Assembly: GCA_964247055.1 (NCBI GenBank)
Contig: OZ176051.1
Location: 9,982,001-10,046,000, forward strand
Direction: 5' to 3'
From: Paragordius varius
Taxonomy: Eukaryota; Animalia; Nematomorpha
Length of the DNA stretch: 64,000 bases
The stretch's first letter is position 1. Every line of letters begins with the position of its first letter. This document shows positions 52,947 to 64,000 of the stretch, piece after piece. The notes beneath the pieces are model-generated. The model was not told where the DNA came from. It made no database searches and worked only from the letters and a program-made list of their open reading frames with translations. The translations under genes were made by a program, and so were the position numbers.

Positions 52947-55900
52947 TATCTTTAAGAGTGTCCTCAAACACTTAAAGTTTGTCCTTGAACACTCAAGTTG
53001 GTCCTTAAATTTTTAATTAGCCAAAAACTATAAACCATTTAAAAATAAAATTTATATATTTTTCGATTTTTAGCTTAAATCATTTCTTTTAATTATCAAT
53101 ATTAATCTTATAAAACATTAACTTTTTTTCATAAACATTTAACACAATTATCATTTATTAATATTTTTCATAAAATATATTATTGTATATTGTGCACCAA
53201 ACTTATTAAATTATAAATGTATATTAATTATAAATGTATATAAGGTTTTTCGGCCATTTATAAGATTTTTGGTCCACACTTTTGTACAACCCGTTACATC
53301 TGATTCAGTAATGACCCTACAACCATTTGAAATTAATTCAGATAGAGATGTTTCCATCTTTTTTGACAAAATACCACAAGCCTTTATTTTCGAAAATGCG
53401 TTTTCTATCAGATTCAACATAAAATTATAAAGTAAAAGAAATGAGATTTTATAAGAATAATTGGCGTCAATATCGGTTAATGAATTAATACTATGAATTT
53501 TAGCGTTATCCAAAAATATGCCTTTTAAATTAACGAAGGTCTAAATACATTTTTGAAAAAAAAATTCAAAAATATTAGAATTAGCATTTCTTTTTGACTC
53601 AATATGGGTTCAATATTCCATCTCATCCTAAAGCTTCTATCAAAGTTACATTTCTTCCTTTATCGCTCAAATTCCCTTCTTTGATCGTGATTATAGAAAA
53701 CTCATTGAACTCTATTTTGGAGTAGTTGCATTTATACCTTTCATTAACGCAAAGGGCAAGAAAGTTTGATATTTTTTCAATTAGAAAACATTTCAGCGAA
53801 TTTAGCATTATGAGTCGGTTTATGTTAATTTAGAAGACTTTCTTGAATATAAAATATTAGAAATAATGCATATATAATTTTTTGAATTAAATAAAAATTA
53901 TAAAAAGACGATACTCAGTTCATAAAAATTATCGTTTTTTAGGCATTCGACTAATATGATGTTATATTTCATGTCGATATACAGTCAAAATTATCAAATA
54001 AATATAAAGGTTTTTACAAATTTGGTTATAGGGCAAAAGGATAGAAAAAACGTTCTGCCTGAACATTGATAAGACATCCGACTATACAAATTACTTTATT
54101 AATTACATGTAATAAGCCATTAAATATTGCTGTACCATTGATAAAGACTTTTCAAAAGTCGCAAATTGGAACTTTTATTTTATTTAATACGCATTCAAGC
54201 TTTTTAAATAAATTACATATGTAATGGGGTACACGAAATTGTTTAAAAATAATGGCAAAACCTTATATACATTTATCAATTTATATTTATAAATTTTGCA
54301 TAATATCTATTAAATATATAAAAAATATTTAATCAATGATGGTATATTTAATGTTTAATTAAAATTTGGTACAAAAACCTGACTACCTTTTTAAAATAAA
54401 TATTATGTTTTTTAAGAATCAAAATTGATACTTAAAAGTTATAACATTGCAAATAAAAATTAAAATCATAAATAATGTTTAATTTTAATGGTTCAAATTT
54501 AGTTTTGGCAATAAAAATTTAAAAACCAACTTAAAGTTTTTAAGGACCGATTTGAAATGTTTAAAGACCAACTTGTTCAAAAACCACCTTGAAATGAAGG
54601 ACACTCTTGAATTGCGAAATATGTATACAGATATAAAACCGTTTAAATTTTTACATATTTATGATATTACATCGCATATTTTGGTGATACTTTTATGCGA
54701 AAAGTTTTACTTTTATAAAGTTTTGTAACCGAAAATTATTTTAAGAAATATATATTATGGGATTTCAAAACTGATAATATTAAATTAGATTTAATGTGAA
54801 TGTATGATATTATTAATCTGATGTAAATTAAATTTTATGTTTTATTTAATTTAATTAATTTTGCTTGATTTCGCAGCCACAAAAATGTCCCTATACTTAC
54901 TTTTAATTTAAAAAATCTGTGTACTCTTAGTAAATTTGCAAAATGTTTCAACAGATTTAATTTATTTTTTCGTGGTATAAAATTGTTTCCTTAATGGATC
55001 CATTTAAATCTGTTTTTTTTATCATTCAACCCGTTCTTATTTGTAGATATACGTTTGGAGAATCGGCATCGGAATTGCCTGATTGGTTTGTTGAAGATGA
55101 ACGCAAATATAACACTAGAAAGACTCATTTTCCAATCTTGAATGGGGAAAGTAATAGCGCCAATCCCAAACATCACCTACCTCCCGAATATGTGGACGAA
55201 GTTTACCAAAAATACCAACGGAAAAACATTAATTGTCGACCCATAAAAAAGGTTTATAGACTTAAAATTGAAATTTTACAGACAAAAACGTTTAAAAAAC
55301 ATAAATATACCATATTTTTAAATCCTCATTTTTTAAATATAACTTATAGTTTTCGTTTGCAAAATGCGGAGATGTAAATTGGTAAAGATTTCATATAATT
55401 TAGAATTACAAAAAAATTATGTTGGAAAATTGAGGTTTGAAAAAGTATGCTTGTTTTTTAATTGTTGTCTTTTAGTTTTTCGTTTTTATTTTTACTGTAA
55501 TTATATGTATTGAATCAGGAAATTTAATTTTCATATTAATAAAATTGTGTTACAATTTTATTATACCGAATCATGTTAATTTGTTGATATATAGTCTGAT
55601 TCTATCGTTAATGATCTTAAAATTTTTTCAGAGTTATTTGTTAAATCAAATTTTTACTTATAATAAATTGGCATTGTTAAATGACATGTACACACCTATT
55701 AAATATTTGTTTGAACCGTTTGAAAATCGCTTTAATTTACATTATTTTTCATTTTATTTATATGTATGTATCAGTGGTTCTCAATCTTTTTTTCTTCTCC
55801 ATCAAATTGAAAATAAAAATTCTTAAGGCCCTTCTTTCAAAAAATCCAAGATAACAATGTAAAATTTATTATAATATTATAATAAATCCCAATCAATGAA

Positions 55901-57168
55901 ATCCTTGTGTTTGCAATTTTTAAAATATTTTTGATATCGGTGACAAATCTTGATAATTTTTACCTAAAATCCTACAATTAGGTTTTTTAATATTCTCCAA
56001 AATTTTCGCCCCCCTCCCCTCTTAGATTTTTTACAGCTTCGTGGGGGGCATTGCTCCCCTGTTAACCCCTGGTATATATGATGGAATTCACAAATTTTGC
56101 ACGAGTTTATAAATTGACTTCTTAAATATTTAGTAAGTGAGCGTGTATAAAAGTTTTTTTATCCGAAACCCCATGTTTTTATCACAGTCATCTCTTGGCA
56201 CGCAATTGTTAATACCTTAATGGTTCCTCTAATACAATATTTTATTTTATTCCAAAAAGGGAAACGAGATGCTAATATAAATTTTGATTTCTTTTTCCAT
56301 ATATTTGGTATACAATAATATTTGTAGGTTTTAGAAGCCAAAGCCCGGAAAAAACGTCGTGCCGTCAAACGCATGGCCAAAGTAATTGATCGTGCACAAA
56401 AATTAACATCAAGCATTGATCCTTTTGGTTCTGCCGAATATTCCCAAAGAAATGATAATAACAATAATAATCCACAAGCTAATGCTATGCGTGATGCATT
56501 AGAAAAAAAGCTCATAGCTAAAGCCAAAAAGGGTGCCCTAAAAAATTTATCAGCCAAAAGAGATAAGGTTACGATTAAATTTTATATTATTTTATCACAT
56601 ATATGGTATCTGGTTTTGGTTTAAATTTTTTGCCATTTCAAAACCATAGTTTTTAACTCAAATAATTGTGAATTCGTTCTATTTTTGTAATTAAGGATAT
56701 ATTTGTAAATATGAATAACAGTAGACAATATACTATCAATAAAATATTTTCTTTGCATTTGGTTCTGAAACGTATAGAATAGAAAACAAAATTATAAAGC
56801 CTTACACTGTATACTTAAAAAAAATAAAAAAATTTGGAACCAAAGTTATGGATTCGGTTCTACTTTTACGAATTCCTTTCAATCCCTTATATGTCTTCAC
56901 ATATAATAAAAAATATGATCGCCTAATGCTAATTAAAGAAATCTCTTTTTTTAAATAATTTAATATATATTTTTTAATTCTTTACTAGATTTATATGGTA
57001 GCTAAAGGAAAAAGTGGAGGCAATAATATGGCACCTTCCAAAGGTAAAAAGATGCCCCGTAATGCTAAAGTAGTCAAAGTGGATAGACGAATGAAAAAAG
57101 ATAATATGAGAAGAAAATTATTTTCGAAGAGCAAAAAAGGTGCAAAACGTAAACACAGACGCCGATAA
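48433..57168 (+). CDS. FTSJ3: Pre-rRNA 2'-O-ribose methyltransferase FTSJ3/SPB1
   Basis: [104 protein letters not shown]. Exons 48433-48499, 48523-48675, 48723-48802, 48825-48924, 49187-50146, from 50511, from 51249, 52278-52557, 55047-55250, 56330-56566 and 56990-57168. Some middle exons are unresolved. Confidence 0.96.
52567..52915. mobile_element. MITE family A, near-perfect copy (349 bp)
   Basis: TA|CCATTTACAGTTCAAATTCACCC...GGGTGAATTTGAACTGTAAATGG|TA; TIRs of about 95 bp, each with four 21-bp units. Confidence 0.95.
52951..54622 (-). mobile_element. Decayed IS630/Tc1-mariner-type DNA transposon with family-B TIRs (about 1.7 kb)
   Basis: Left end aagagtgtcc-cttaaagtttgtccttgaacactcaagttggtcc and right end ggacactcttgaattgcg match the MITE B TIRs; transposase remnant inside. 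Confidence 0.75.
53211..53830 (-). pseudogene. DDE_3-type (IS630/Tc1) transposase remnant
   Basis: Broken frames give [16 protein letters not shown], (M)DNAKIH and [20 protein letters not shown], a decayed version of the DNAxxH...FLPPYSPxLNPIE motif. Confidence 0.75.
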
Positions 57169-57596
57169 TTGCATGATATAGTAGTGAATTTAATATTATA
57201 TCTTAGTCTTAAATAAATGAATTTGCAAACCACAAAAGTTGGATGATTTTTCTATTATTTTTCCTCTAACACTTTATTCTAAAATTTCTATCACAATCCT
57301 GATTAAAAGAAACGTTGTAAGGACATTATCCCACTGTGTTGGCTAAAATTGTTATGATATAAACATAAAAATATTTCACTTTTAGGTGAAAATATTTGGC
57401 TAGCTTACTGGCTGTTAACCCTTAACACTTATGCGTCGTCCGTACATCTCCTAAAACTTCGGCTTTTTGACTTTTCATAATAGACCAAAGAATAAAAATT
57501 AACGAATGATATAGAAATCATTTATTCTGTAAATCATTATATAATGCATTGAAAATATTATTTACATAATTAATAATGTCAAATTTATATATTACG

Positions 57597-60500
57597 TTAT
57601 CGCAAAATTGAATCATCAAAACCATTTCGATACAAATCAATGTAATGATTACGATTACTGGTCCCATTTCGGGCAGCGTTTTGCTTTGATGCCGTATAAA
57701 ACAATGGCAATTTTTTGTGAGATGAAGATGGTGGTTTCGCAACATTAAATTTCTCATACATAAAACTACGTTCTTCAGGCGGTGTTAAATACCGCGTTTG
57801 TTCCAAAATGCTTGGCTTTCGTAGAGTTGAGACCGATGATATATTACTACTCTTTTTTCCAATCAACGCTGGTGTATGATAAAATGTGGGTAATGGTTTA
57901 AGCATTGATGAATCGAAAGAATCCCCTTGATTTATTTTGATTTTGCCTGGTGGAATGATTAAAGTCGACTTAGTCGCGGTTTTAACACATGGATCATCAA
58001 GAATTTTGTTGGAAAAGATGGGAGGGAGTATAGTTTTAACGCTAGTTGTTATTGTTGCCAATTTCCCATTTTTATTTTTGGTTATACCAACGGGTTTTTT
58101 GGTACCGCCGATCCCTGGTATTATATTATTTTCGGGTTTATACGGTAATTTATCATTGTTGTTAAGTTTTGAAATAATTCGCGGTTGGGGTTTTGCTAAA
58201 GCATTTATCGTTATTTTTTTGGGCGGAGAACTGAATTCGGAAGGAACATTAGTCGTAATTAACGTGTCTAAATCATTGAAAAGTTGAGGTGAAGATCTTA
58301 AATTGTACCTATAAAAATATTGGTTACATTTAATTACTTTTAGTATAAAAAGGTTTATATATTTATATAATTTGTGTCTTCATAAAAGTGGTTAAATGTA
58401 AAAAACATGCCGCTTTAAACTTCATTTTGAAAGAAAAAGAAGTCTGTCCAAGAGCACCCAATAAAAAATTTTAATTCAAATTTCCATCATACCAAGCTTT
58501 TGAAACAAACAATGCTGAAATGATTGATAAAAACTCCCCCAAAATTACTATAGTAAAGAATTTTAAAATAATAGGCTTGAGTGCTTTTCCTTTCCAACAA
58601 AACATTTTTTAAAAATACGGCGCCCTGCTTGATTTATTATGAAAAATTTGAAATATATTTATGATTGGATATATTTTAAAAAACCATTACAAAATTTCAA
58701 AACATTTTAATATTTATCATTATTTTAAAATATTTCACGATTGGTATCATAATAAATATGTCAACCGTTCGTTAAATATCAAATATTCATAATTACTGTT
58801 TTGTCGATGCCAGAGATTTATGCGTAGGTATCCTGGATTGGCTCTGTACTACAACAGTAGTTTTTTTGATTTTATTCATATTCTTGGCTTGATTTATATT
58901 ATTGGAATCTTCCTTATCAAAAAAGTTAGCAGAAATATAATTTATCAAACTTATAAATTAACCAAATATTATATTAAACAAATTAATCATAAAGGTAAAC
59001 CATGAGATCTATCTTTAAATTTAAACAAGGATTGAGGTTTAACCATTTCAGGGGTCGTTTTCAATCTTTTAACACCTAAAAAATAAATAGATACGATAAA
59101 TTTTAAATTTTTAAAACTTATATTAAAACAAGAAAAACTTTTTTGTGTTGCGGTGTTATTAGGGAATAAAACTTTTTCATCAAAAAAATTATCATCATAT
59201 AATTTCCCAAATTCTTGTTTTAGAGTTGCCTCAAAAACATCACGCCTTAAATATTGATAATCAGGTTTGGTATCGTAAGCCAGTGTTTTAATATAATTAA
59301 AATATTTTTCAATTTCACCTAAAATGTTATAAACAAATGGCGTCAAAAATATAAAAATAAAAAATGTTTTATAAAATTTGATAAAGTATTACTTGGTATA
59401 GGTTTAGTTTTGAATGCTGCTTTCATCAACGCTGGTATATCTTTCATATAACTAAAAAGAAAAAATACAAAATAAAGAATTATATCCTAAAATATAACTC
59501 TTAATATTATGAAACGTAATATTGTTTGTCATTTATAAGAAAATAAATTTTTAAGTTTAATGAAAAAAAAACACTTTGTTAGAAATATATCGCAGCTGTA
59601 TTGTGCTATAAGCACAACATTTTGTAGGATTTTATATAATTTATGATACATATCCAATTATTTGTACCTAATTTTTTCTTTCATAACTTTGTCTGGTTGT
59701 AAATTTGCCACACTTTTTCCCGACAGTTCCCAGGGTAAACTACCTGTACTCCATTTCAATAAATTGAAACCCAAAATTTGGAGGTCGGACCGTCGAGAAG
59801 GATCTAAAGAGTGAAGAAAAATGTAAACAAGATATCCTAAAATATGAATATGAAAAGTAATTTAAATTATTTAAAAATATTTCATAATCCGCAATAAAAA
59901 AAATCAAATAAATTCAATTTTGTTTTTTTAATAACGGGATTTATAAATAGGGACTTGAAACAGCCTTAAATAAATTGGTATATAATCAACTTTCTAATGT
60001 TGCGCCCTTTTATCATAAAAATGGACTCTCTTGACATATTTAATATATAGTGTTTTTGAACTTTATTGTGTGACAATGAATAATGGACTTTTATATTGAT
60101 CCCGATTGTGAGAAATCAATACCTGTTTATACACGGAATTAATTTATTTTGCTTTAATAAAATTAATTTTAAGATATATACTAATATCTATAGAAATTTG
60201 ATATAAACATTAATAAAAAATATTTAAATTTATTTTTCATTTTGGCCTATTATGAGCGTTACGAATTCCCACAAACCAGTAAGTGAGTGGAAGGATTTAC
60301 TCATATTTGAACTATTATAACTTATATATTACGACAGGGATGTTCAACACGTCGCCATCCGAATCTTTATATGCGGCCCGAGAAAAATTTGTAAAAAATA
60401 TGCTGACAAAATCTTAGCATTTTTTCGTAAATCTGTCTATCCAATCGGCAATAACTAGAAAAAATATTTTGTAATCTTATGTAAAAAATTTAATAAATTA

Positions 60501-61853
60501 TTAATGAATGTCTACATATATATGTAGAATGCGGCCCGCGAATTTTTTGAGTTAAAAATTCGGCCCGCGTTGGACACCCCTATACTAAAGTCTTATTAAA
60601 AACTAGGGATATTGCAAGATGATCAGCATGATCCAATTAGTTTATAAGCACTTTAAATAGGCTCTCAATTATGAAGAGAGTCATTATAGAGCTATAGCGT
60701 ATATATAAAATCAAACTATGAAAGAGAAAGTAATTAACCTGCTCCTTCGTGACAATCTATACTAGTCAGTTCAAGTGTACCATCATGACATTTTTTACGA
60801 TCAACTTTATACGATTTATGATGTGTGCCATCTAAATACCGTGAAACTAATCCATAATCCAACAAAAATATCTGTATGTGATAAATATTTTGTATATGCA
60901 AACAGATAACTCATGATAATTTTACAACTAACCATTACAAAAATATATAATATATTTGCAATGATAAGCTTGTCAAATAGGGTAATCCAATATTTAAATA
61001 AATTTCATACAAAAAATATAAGGAACAAATCAATTTTACTTGTTTATTATCGGTTTTGCTTAAACCAGGAAGCAAATTAGATGCCTTAATGTCTGAATGA
61101 ACATAACCTTTATCGTGTATATATTCGAGCGCAAATAGCTAAACCATACAAAAACATTTTGAAATCGATAAAAACCTAAAAAAAAATGTCTAACCCTGCT
61201 ACATATTTTTAAAAACTTTTTTTTAAAAAATTTATAAAATTAATTAGATTGCAATTTTGTTCTAAAACAATACCAATCGAATAGCCAAGTTGCAAATAAA
61301 AACTCGCAAATCTTTATATTGGCAAAGTGTCCCAAAAACAGAATGTTCTAAATCTAATCCAAATTTTTCCATAATTAAAAACCGATATTTGCTCTTGGAT
61401 ATGGTGTGTACATGATTACCGCATCCAATAAATATAGGTATTGCTAAACTTTTGGGAGAAGGTTTTTCATTACCATGTTTTTCTATCCATTCATCAACTA
61501 TTTAAAACTATGAAACAAATAACAATACTTTGTTCCTTTTTGCAACAACGATGGTAAAAATGTATTTCAGTAAATAAAGGACCGTTAGTAAATGGTTCCT
61601 ATATTTTACAAAATCCATACTATTTTAGCAACATAATTAATTTCCTTTTGTTCATTTGACTTAGCTTAAAATATGAATAAATATTAAACCATTATAAATA
61701 ACACCAAAACCCCCAGTGCCCAATTTAGTGCCAATAGTCCATTGTTTTCCTGTCAAATCTGTTAATACCTCTTTAGTAGAAAAATCTTCAGGCAATTTTG
61801 GATTAATTTTAACTTTTTTCTTAACTGCAATAATTTTTACAAATACCTTGCAT
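57597..61853 (-). CDS. VRK1: Vaccinia-related kinase (VRK, CK1 group) with a long Lys/Pro-rich C-terminal tail
   Basis: Exons 61847-61853, 61690-61824 (LTDLTGKQWTIGTKLGTGGFGVIY), 61621-61664, 61529-61598 (EPFTNGPLFTEIHFY), 61274-61497 (YRFLIMEKFGLDL), 61040-61138 (YVHSDIKASNLL), 60739-60871 (LLDYGL, HDGTLELTSIDCH), about 59673-59807 (PSRRSDLQILG, LPWE), about 59393-59452, about 59128-59317 (KPDY), about 59002-59076 and about 57597-58307. VRK1 versus VRK2 orthology is not resolved. Confidence 0.9.
60335..60582. mobile_element. hAT-like MITE in a VRK intron
   Basis: CAGGGATGTTCAAC...GTTGGACACCCCTA termini with GCGGCCCG motifs; same family as 3059-3364. Confidence 0.65.
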
Positions 61854-64000
61854 CTGAAATTTGAAATTAACTTTGTGCAAATTAAATATTCATTCGTAAA
61901 GAGAAATGTAATTACAGATATGTATAATAGTTTATATAGAGGACAATATTACAATTTTAAGGTAATAGTAATTATTGGAGGAAGGGGCCAGTTTAAGCAT
62001 ATAGCATTTTATATGTTTAGATGAATAAAAAAACAATTATCCATCATATTGAATATCCTTAACACTTTATTATCTTTTCACTTTTGTCCTTGTTTACATT
62101 TAGGTAATTTTTTTATCCCAGAGCTCAGTTTTGTAAATTAACTACTGTTATGAAAGTTACTCTTAAAATATAGTTATCAAACATTTTCGTGTAGGAGATA
62201 AAAAGCTTATATTTAAATTATGTGACTTTTAAAGTCTTACATTGGAACAACTAAAAATTAGATAGAACCAAGACATTATATTAAAATTAAAATATATCGA
62301 TTTTCCTGGTAAAATTAGGGGCGAAAAACATTTGATATGAGGATTTTTTACAAATTACATTTAAATTTATGGGATAATGAGCCTAAAAGACCAATTTTTA
62401 AATTCAGCTCAACGTAAATACTTTTATGGTCAAATTTTGAATCACTAGGATATAAAAAGTTTCAAATTTGATTATCACGAATTTTTTACAATTGCATTAA
62501 ATAAAAATTATTGTATCTGCTCAAACTAATAAAAGTTTTTTTTCAAAGGTTTTATGCTAAAGTATTTAAATTAGCCCTGGGCTATAAAACTCCCCCAAAT
62601 GGTCCAATTGTAAGTTAATCATATATATTTTTATGACCAGATCTAAAATTAATCCCGTCTTAAGAGCTTAAAGATGCAATTTTTATAACTGTTTTACAAA
62701 ATTTAAACTCAAAATAAGCATTTTAGGGGCATAAAAAGCACTTTTAGAGCCGCATAGTATCGCTGTTCCAGCCCAATGGTAATAAGAAAAAGCTGATGAT
62801 TAAATTTCGAGAAATAACCTTAAATTTATATTACCATTTTAATTTAAATTGGGTTTTCTAGTGACCTCAAACAATATTAATATATTTTCAAATACTGAAA
62901 GAAACGGTTCCGCACGCTTTTCTCTTAACACTCGGATATGAATTGTGGTATTAAAGACCAAATTTAGGATTTTTAAAAAACTTCTTAAAGAATCGGTCCC
63001 AATTTAAATTTATGCTTCTATCCTAATAATTATATATGTATGAATATCTAAATAAAATTTTTTGAATTAAAAGTTCCATGTCAATTTACTTCGACGCCAT
63101 ATTTTACAAAGTAATCGTAAAATATGGATTTTATTTAATTTTAGGTCAAAATTAAAGTTAATTTTTTATTTAAATCATATCTAACCTTGATAAAAATAGA
63201 AAAGTGGTTTATATTGTATTATTTTTTAATTTTACCATTGCACACATGGCACGTCGACTTAATTTTTGCCTTTGAGTATTAGCTTAAAACAAGTAATATC
63301 AAATTATTGAATAAAGTTTTTTATATATTGTATCAGTGAAAAATTTTTCATGGTTTCGATTCCTCCCATATTGTTTAGGAAATTCTGTTTAATAATAAAT
63401 ATTTAAAAAATATGAAAGGAATCGAAATCACGGCAAAAATTTGCATTTATGTAGCATTAATGAACTAAATAATAAATTATTCTAAAATCTTTGTATTTTT
63501 TAATTTATAAAGATAATAATTTAGTCAACATGACATGGTGTATTAACTAAAGTTAAAAATATAACAAACCATTTTTGCTTTTATCATTAGATGTAATTCA
63601 AATAAATATTAGCTTTAGTTTTAGCTATTTGCTATAATGTTTTTAAATAATGATGGTGTCGATGTAATTTGATATGGAATATTTTTTCTAAACTAAATTT
63701 TGTTTAGCTTTCGGCTTTTTTATAAAATATCATAATATAAGCATAAATTTAAGTTGGAACCGTTTTTTCATTAGTTTTTTTAATTATATCAACTTAAGTC
63801 TATATTTAGATACCCCAATTTAAATCAAAGTGTTAATATAACAATTTTACACCACAGTAAGTTACATAATTTGTAATGAAGTAACATTGCAAAATTATAG
63901 TTAATCCATAACATATATAGGTGTTTATGAATGAATATATATTGTGTCGTTTCTAAATTTGATCCAGAAAATATAGGAGTGCACATTTTATTTCTGAATT

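Noticed and set aside
33663-57168. Functional cluster or operon of RNP-biogenesis genes (WRAP53, FTSJ3, with EIF1AD nearby)
   Set aside because: The genes are separated by more than 10 kb and by an opposite-strand gene; nothing beyond chance adjacency.

Overview
Very AT-rich, intron-containing eukaryotic DNA, most likely a bilaterian invertebrate (inferred from the gene set; species not identifiable). The standard genetic code is used: host genes end in TAA, TAG or TGA. Host genes from left to right: 3' two-thirds of a Son of sevenless RasGEF (+), an intronless divergent 7TM receptor (-), EIF1AD (-), an intronless giant/CES-2-like PAR bZIP factor (+), WRAP53/TCAB1 (+), an uncharacterised Cys-rich EGF-like probable membrane protein (-), FTSJ3/SPB1 (+) and a VRK kinase (-). 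Transposons fill the introns and intergenic space: two near-identical RTE-clade LINE copies (one full length with a 15-16 bp TSD), non-autonomous Helitrons (one carrying a ~150 bp higher-order tandem array), two related TA-flanked MITE families with 21-bp TIR repeats plus a decayed IS630/Tc1-type partner, a Chapaev3-like element and hAT-like MITEs. Most notable: (1) both LINE copies start exactly at G1 of a 62-nt HDV-like ribozyme fold that lacks a real P4 helix; (2) the LINE has a C4HC3 PHD finger inserted inside its RT domain; (3) the full copy sits in sense orientation 60 nt upstream of the WRAP53 ATG and its ribozyme has a J4/2 A-to-G change; (4) at least nine frame-restoring introns of only 22-25 nt occur in a genome that also has kb-sized introns. 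No rRNA, tRNA or CRISPR array was seen. All of this was read by eye, and some exon boundaries are approximate.
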